Shown here one piece after another: positions 58,242 to 64,000 of a stretch of 64,000 nucleotides of DNA. The stretch covers positions 227,046,001 to 227,110,000 of the forward strand of contig NC_058368.1 of NCBI RefSeq assembly GCF_018350175.1, written 5' to 3'. This DNA comes from Felis catus. Its lineage: Eukaryota. The translations under genes and the position numbers were made by a program. Below the pieces are notes generated by a model that saw only the letters and a program-made list of their open reading frames with translations, did not search any database and had not been told where the DNA came from. Each line of letters begins with the position of its first letter. Within the stretch, counting starts at the first letter, position 1.

Positions 58242-58461
58242 GGGGCGCCTGGGTGGCGCAGTCGGTTAAGCGTCCGACTTCAGCCAGGTCATGATCTCGC
58301 GGTCCGTGAGTTTGAGCCCCGCGTCGGGCTCTGGGCTGATGGCTCAGAGCCTGGAGCCTGTTTCTGATTCTGTGTCTCCCTCAATCTCTGCCCCTCCCCC
58401 GTTCATGCTCTGTCTCTCTCTGTCCCAAAAATAAATAAACGTTGAAAAAAAAATTTAAAAA
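58242..58461 (+). mobile_element. Young SINEC_Fc-type Can-SINE
   Basis: GGGGCGCCTGGGTGGCGCAGTCGG...TTCAGCCAGGTC...GGGCTGATGGCTCAG; TSD AAATCTCA. Confidence 0.97.
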
Positions 58462-58769
58462 AAATCTCAATAAAATTGAATGCTTAGATTATCCTTTTGT
58501 ATAAGGGAAAAACACTTCAGGATCGAAAACTGGACAATTTTTTCATATTCATTTTAAATGGAAAAAGTATGACAATCCAGGGCAGACTCATTTCCTATTC
58601 TATATCCATTGTGGGTGTAGGTTATAATTTTGATGACAGCAAAGAGACTGGGGTGTTCTTCTGTTTTCCTTTGCTAAATGACACGATTTGGGTACAAGTA
58701 AAATTGTGTTTCTGTGGGTTCGCCTCCATATTTACTCTCTGCCTGACTCCCATTTTCCAGTGTTTCATA

Positions 58770-58990
58770 GTCTGGAGAGGAAGTGTGGTCTAGTGGTCAG
58801 AAAAACAGTTTAGGAGACTAGAGTCGTGGTTTCTTTTCCTGTCTTACATCCTTGACTCATCAAAAGATCTTAGGAAAGTCACTGAAGCATTATGAGCCTC
58901 AGTTTATCCGTGTTTTTCCAACATCGTAGAGAGGTTGCTCAGAAATCATCAGACCGTCTGACAATGTGAAACGAGAACTTTGTTTGGCTC
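58770..58990 (+). mobile_element. MIR remnant
   Basis: GGAAGTGTGGTCTAGTGG...GATCTTAGGAAAGTCACT...TGAGCCTCAGTTT. Confidence 0.6.
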
Positions 58991-59816
58991 TAAAAATAAA
59001 TAACACCATCTCGATACGAGGCTTCGTGAAATTCAGTAATAATGGCCAGAAGACATAATGACAGAAGAAAAGCATGATTCTACAGTTAATTTTAGCAACT
59101 GGAAAGAGATGTCAAAGACTCCCTCTAGTAACTATCGGTTTAGCCGGTTATGGATTATTAAGAGAGACGGTGTCTGGAGAAAAATTTATGATGGAAAGAA
59201 AATCAAAGAATCGAGGATCTAGTGGAGAGGAGTGCTAGGAATTACAGGGTCTTGTCCCTGACCTCCAGAAAGAAAAAGTAACTGAGCAGAAGCACTCAGA
59301 TTTCATGGGGTGGTGGGGGGGGGGGGTAGTCACACTCTTAGGTACTCTTAGGTCACACACTGGGAATTCTCCTCTGGTCAGGCTACAAATTCAAGATCTA
59401 CTTGAGATCCTAGTTTCTCTTCAGACTTCATTCTCGCCACTACTTCAAGAACTTGAAGAAGAAAAGATAACAGTGGATGTTATACCTTGTGGGGTTAAAA
59501 GGGAAGAAGGGAGAACTCTGAAAAAAAATCAAAGCCACCCAATTACTCACACACAGAGAATCATTTTTATTCCATCACATGGCCTGTTGGCTGGTGGATT
59601 GACTGTGGCATTCTCCGCCACCAAAAGCCACCCAAGAAAACAGAACAAGGTTGCCTTCAGAACCTCACTGTCGGCTCAGCAACTAATGTCATTGCATTAG
59701 GGATTGCTGTCACCTTCATAAAATAGAGCCTGATAAATCAATAGTTTACTATCATTCTAACACTACAATTAATAATAGTAGTTATTATTACTATTATTAT
59801 AAGAATAACAACTATT

Positions 59817-59974
59817 GGGGCGCCTGAGTGGCCCAGTTAGGCGTCTGACTTCGGCTCAGATCATGATCTCACAGTTCGTGAGTGCAAGCCCCACATCGGG
59901 CTCTGCGCTGACAGCTCAGAGCCTGGAGCCTGCTTCAGATTCTGTGTCTCCCTTTCTCTCTGCCCCTGTCACTC
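59817..59974 (+). mobile_element. Can-SINE lacking its 3' tail
   Basis: Canonical body stops at TGCCCCTGTCACTC. Confidence 0.93.
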
Positions 59975-60793
59975 TAACCGTTGGGGAAATCTGTTAATAC
60001 AAGAAGAAAATTTTAGTAGAGAAGCTGGAGTAATGGTAATATACATACACTCACACATGTACACACATATATAGGAGTGTATAATACATAAAGAGAGGAA
60101 CAAAGAAGGTACTGTAATGAGAATATGATGAAGAAATGGGTTAATCCTGGCACTGATCATAAAATTGGCACATTGGCAAGTTACGGAAGAGACTTCAATT
60201 ACCTAGAACTATTGGAAACTTCCATCTGAAAATCAGGTCATCTGATAAACGTCTGGATTTCATTTGCCTTCCTTACAATTTCACTTCTCAGAAAGTAAAG
60301 GAGGTAGCAGAGCACCTGCTGCTTTGGCTGCGATTCTTCTTAATGAGAAACTTCTAGGAGATACGAGATCCCACGCATGTTCAGACTTGTATCCTGCCAC
60401 CAATCCCAACAGCTTCCACAGAGAAGCCCATGAACGTGAAAATCGTACAACATGATCACAAACGATCTCTGCATAATAAAGGAGATGATACTGAAAAGAC
60501 CTGTGAAAATAGAGCCAGACATGCGAAAACCAAGGCAAGGCAAGGTAAGGCCGGCAAAAAAGTGTAAGGCTCAAAGGAGACTTTCTTTGGAGCAAGATGG
60601 ATGGACACGTCCACCCCATTGAACCCTTGTCGTACTGAATGAGCACAGTAAGTAGAACAGCTGAATGTTAATCTACACTATTACTTTAATTTCCATATTC
60701 TTCAAATCATGGCAGGTTATCCATTTATTTCCACTGACTAATTCTCACTCTGAGGTTCTCTCTCTCTCTCTCTCTCTCAAAAAATACTTCCAA

Positions 60794-60909
60794 GGAGGCA
60801 ACCGGCTGGCTCAGCCGGTAGAGCACAAGACTCTTGATCTCAGGATTGTTAATTTGAGTCCCATGCAGGGTGTAGGTAGAAATCACTTAAAAAAAGAAAA
60901 ATCTTAAAA

Positions 60910-60945
<36 letters not shown>

Positions 60946-60956
60946 GAGAAAGAAAG
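60794..60956 (+). mobile_element. Short tRNA-Lys-like carnivore SINE (no CT tract) with (GAAA)n tail
   Basis: GGCTGGCTCAGCCGGTAGAGCACAAGACTCTTGATCTCAGG; TSD AAAATACT(T/C)CCAA at 60781-60793 and 60957-60969. Confidence 0.85.
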
Positions 60957-61325
60957 AAAATACTCCCAAAGAGAATTAAATTTGTGGTCAGTCAATAAGG
61001 ATAAATTAGAGAAGAGATGTAAGGCAACTGAACATACCAATGGAATTTATGGGATTTGAAATAAGCAGAAATATCGTTTCATGTATGGAAATGCTACCCA
61101 TAACAGCAGAAATAAAGGAAATACTAGACAAGAGACAAAGTGAATATGGAATATTTAACTACAAAGTTTCCAGGAAGTGTGTTCCCCTGATTTAGAAACC
61201 ATCATGCATTACCACATTCTCAGGAACTTGGAGTCTTGTGTCTTCCTTTGCCTCTCAGTGCCATGCACACAGTAGTACTCAGTAAGGATTTGTTCAACAA
61301 ATGAAGTTAGGAATGATACTCTAGG

Positions 61326-61373
61326 ATCAGTACAGTATATCATCAGTACAGTATATCATCAGTACAGTATACC
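61326..61373. repeat. 16-bp tandem repeat x3 (ATCAGTACAGTATATC)
   Basis: Direct reading; third copy has one mismatch. Confidence 0.92.
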
Positions 61374-61599
61374 AATATCTACAGTATAGTTCTCAAAGAG
61401 CATTCCGCTATATAGGAACCCAAGCAAGTTGAGAATAAGAATATACAGCTCTCATCAAGTCAACAGTATTTTTTCAAAAATTGTCTTACCAATCCATAAA
61501 ACAGGGATCCAAATGTGTTCTGTGAATATAAAATAATAACATAAAGTGGAAAAGAGGCAAAGCATACAAATTTCTGAGAATAAATTGGTTACCTCATTT

Positions 61600-62525
61600 G
61601 TAACAAAACAGAGGTCCTAACAATGGCCCTAAGGGATGGGATCAGGTCTCCCTCATCTCTGTGTCTACACCTCCTTCTACTCCTCACTCTCCTCAAGCCA
61701 CAGCAATAAAAGGGTTTTTACCCTTGTTGTGGTCTCCTCTACCTGGACCGCTGTCCTCCCCTCTCCCGCACACCCCCCCCCATTATCTGCATAGCTACTA
61801 CCGCCTTTCTTCAGGTCTTTGCTCAAATAAACCTTCTCCGTGACACCTTCTCTGGAAACCCCATGTGTATTTGCAACACCATCCCAATCGCTGCATTCTC
61901 CATCCTGGCCTGAGGTCCCCCGAAGCAGAGCCCGAACAAAGGCTTACATGCAGGGATATGGTTGAAAATGTGATCCCAGGAACAGAAGGGGAGGACCAGG
62001 TGAGTGAAAAAGGCAGTGAGGCAGGGCCACCAAGGATGTGCAATCCAGCTGACTGTCTCCATGAGATGATAGGTCCTTCCAGGACCCTTCTGAGGAAGCT
62101 TAGGAAATGTGATCAGAACTATATCAGAAGCATTTGTTGGCCCCCTCGTCCCCCCGGATGTTCCAGGCTCAGCGTCAGAGAAGTTCCAGAACTCCATGCA
62201 GCTCCATGTGAAAGCTGGTCTAAGTCCGCCAGGAATGTTCTCTACAGTACGGCTGGAATCCTGGGGACAGCTGTGAAGAGGAAGCATGCGAAAAGAACCC
62301 TCTCTCCCCTCCCTGCTCTGTTTCTCCATTGCTCTTCTAGAATCCGAAATTCTGTTTTATGTCTATGTTTATCTCTTTTTGCTACTGTGTAAGCTCCACA
62401 AGGTCAGGCATTATTACGGGCTTAGTTCACTGCCGTATCCCCGGTACCCAGAAGGATATCTCGCACAGCCTGAGCACCCAGCATATCACTGGTGAATGAG
62501 TGGGTGAATGAATGAATGAATGCAA
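61600..62525 (+). mobile_element. L2 3' region interrupted by an LTR
   Basis: GTCCTAACAATGGCCC...TTCAGGTCTTTGCTCAAAT; resumes TGTAAGCTCCACAAGGTCAGG...(TGAA)n end. Confidence 0.75.
61900..62290 (-). mobile_element. ERVL LTR (LTR33-like)
   Basis: GGTCCCCCGAAGCAGAGCCCGAACAAAGGCTTACATGCAGG...GTGATCCCAGG...GACCCTTCTGAGGA. Confidence 0.7.
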
Positions 62526-63218
62526 GCATTCATTTTGAAAGACTGTGAAGAGTTGCATTTTGGTGGGATTTTCTGAACAGAAACTCACAGGGGATGTTCA
62601 AGATCACAAGTCATCATCATGTGATAATTAACAACCCTCAAAATTTATCCAGAAATAAGTCTTCATTTTTTACGTGTCATCACTGAACACTGGCCATAAT
62701 TACACCCAGAGGGACAGTAGACAAAAGCGTCCAAAAATCTTTCAAGAGAAAAGAGAAACACCTTTAGTATTTTCATTTCTCTACTTTTCTACCCAGCTTC
62801 ATCCAACCGTCTGGAGATGGCCAAAGTCAACCACAAAACCTACTTCCCTTTGCCCAACGCCTCTCATTGTTTCCAGAAAATATAGCGTTCAGCCTTCATT
62901 GGCTTAGTTTACACTAAGTTTAAAACTAAGTTTACACTAGTTTAAAACACATTTAAAATATGTGTTTCATATTAATATATTAATAAATAAATAATATCTT
63001 TATTAAAAATAAATAAAAACAAATACATATAAGCATTTTTATTTTTATATACACAGACACAAATTCTATGTCTTATTTTCTCTTTTACTTTACAAATTGA
63101 TATCTCTTGCTTCCCTTGCTTGTTCCCACACCAGGTCTTTTTCCTAAACTCCTTCCTGCACATGCAATACATTTAAAAGGTGACCCAAAATATGCTCAGT
63201 TAAATAATCCTGTGGATA

Positions 63219-63419
63219 GGGTTGCCCGGGTGGCTCAGTCGGTTAAGCGTCCAACTTTAGCTCAGGTCATGATCTCGTGGTCCATAAGTTCGAGCCCCAC
63301 GTCGAACTCTGTGCTGACAGCTCAGAGTCTGGAGCCTGCTTCGGATTCTGTGTCTCCCTGTCTGCACCTCTCTCTCTCTCTCTCTCGCTCTCAAAAATAA
63401 ACATTAAAAAAATTTTTTT
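63219..63419 (+). mobile_element. Can-SINE
   Basis: TSD AATAA(T/C)CCTGTGGATA at 63203-63218 and 63420-63435. Confidence 0.97.
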
Positions 63420-63736
63420 AATAACCCTGTGGATATTCACTGATTCAGGCACTGACCTCTTTGTGTCAATGCAAATAAACTGGTGTCTCCAAGAAAATCC
63501 AAGTTTGCCAGAGTCCGCTCAGAAAGATTCGTTCGTTAAGTAGCATAACCTACTGGTGTTTTAAATGACTGTAGACTGATAACTATTTAACAGACTTCCG
63601 CATGGCTGCATGGCCTGCCCTAATCACTTCTCTATACTCACATCAACACAAGGTCCTACTTTATGAGATTGAGTTTTCTAGACCCCACTAAGCATTACAG
63701 TAGGCTTTCCTCATGTTTGCCTTAAGGTGAATCCTT

Positions 63737-64000
63737 AAGTCAATCCTCATTATTCACGGCTTCCATGTTTGCAAATTCACCCACTCGATAAAATGTACTT
63801 GTAACCCCCAAATCAGTAAACAGCAAGGCACTTTCATAGTCATTCACAGACACGTACAGAGCAGCCAAAAATTTGAGGGACCTCACACACGTGTTCCCAA
63901 CTGATGAATGAGGCGACGCTCTGCCTTCTCATTTCAGCTCTCATATTGCAGGCAAGTATCCTTTGTAAACAAGTGTCCTTTCCGGGGTTTATTTAGTGCC
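63737..64000 (+). mobile_element. TcMar-Tigger element (MER82-like), running off the window end
   Basis: AGTCAATCCTCATTATTCACGG...TGTAACCCCAAATCA...GGCGACGCTCTGCCTTCT...GTAAACAAGTGTCCTTT. Confidence 0.85.

Noticed and set aside
60794..60870. tRNA-Lys gene
   Set aside because: Degenerate stems and B box; A-rich tail and TSD mark it as a retroposed SINE
61823..62392. Overlapping 168-aa and 175-aa ORFs, among the longest in the window
   Set aside because: They lie across an LTR33-like element and L2, so they are chance open frames
62905..62948. Duplicated AGTTTACACTA(A)GTTTAAAAC
   Set aside because: Small local tandem duplication with no further structure
1..64000. ORF-track proteins as genes
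   Set aside because: All are 175 aa or shorter. Recurrent peptides (MAQSVKRPTSAQVMISR, ERERGRHRIRSRLQA) are SINE translations and others are L1/LTR remnants. I recognise no cellular protein or exon chain.

Overview
Mammalian nuclear DNA from a felid (cat lineage): it carries about 35 tRNA-derived carnivore SINEs (Can-SINEs), three of them matching the young cat-type SINEC_Fc pattern, plus a cat-type L1 3' end. I find no protein-coding exon or RNA gene I can support. The ORF track is explained by SINEs, LTRs, LINE remnants and chance, so the window is intergenic or deep intronic. It is a layered transposon record: L1, L2, L3/CR1 and MIR; MaLR/ERVL/ERV1 LTRs (MLT1, MER21, MER74, MER89, LTR16, LTR33); two decayed ERVL pol fragments; and DNA transposons (MER3/33, MER5A, MER20, MER45, MER82). 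The best leads are a CpG-rich promoter-like patch at 13.2-13.8 kb with a consensus minus-strand splice donor and ATG at 12.56 kb, an AT-to-GC shifted L1 at 27.2-27.5 kb (possible biased gene conversion) that also has a twin-priming inversion, a 5'-only and possibly spliced L1 at 40.6-41.1 kb, a palindrome/poly-A tandem repeat at 18.2 kb, several nested insertions with readable target-site duplications (TSDs), and CTCF/CRE/EICE motifs. I see no supportable evidence of a new biological system. Repeat family names come from my recall of consensus sequences, not from a search, and the boundaries of old repeats are approximate.
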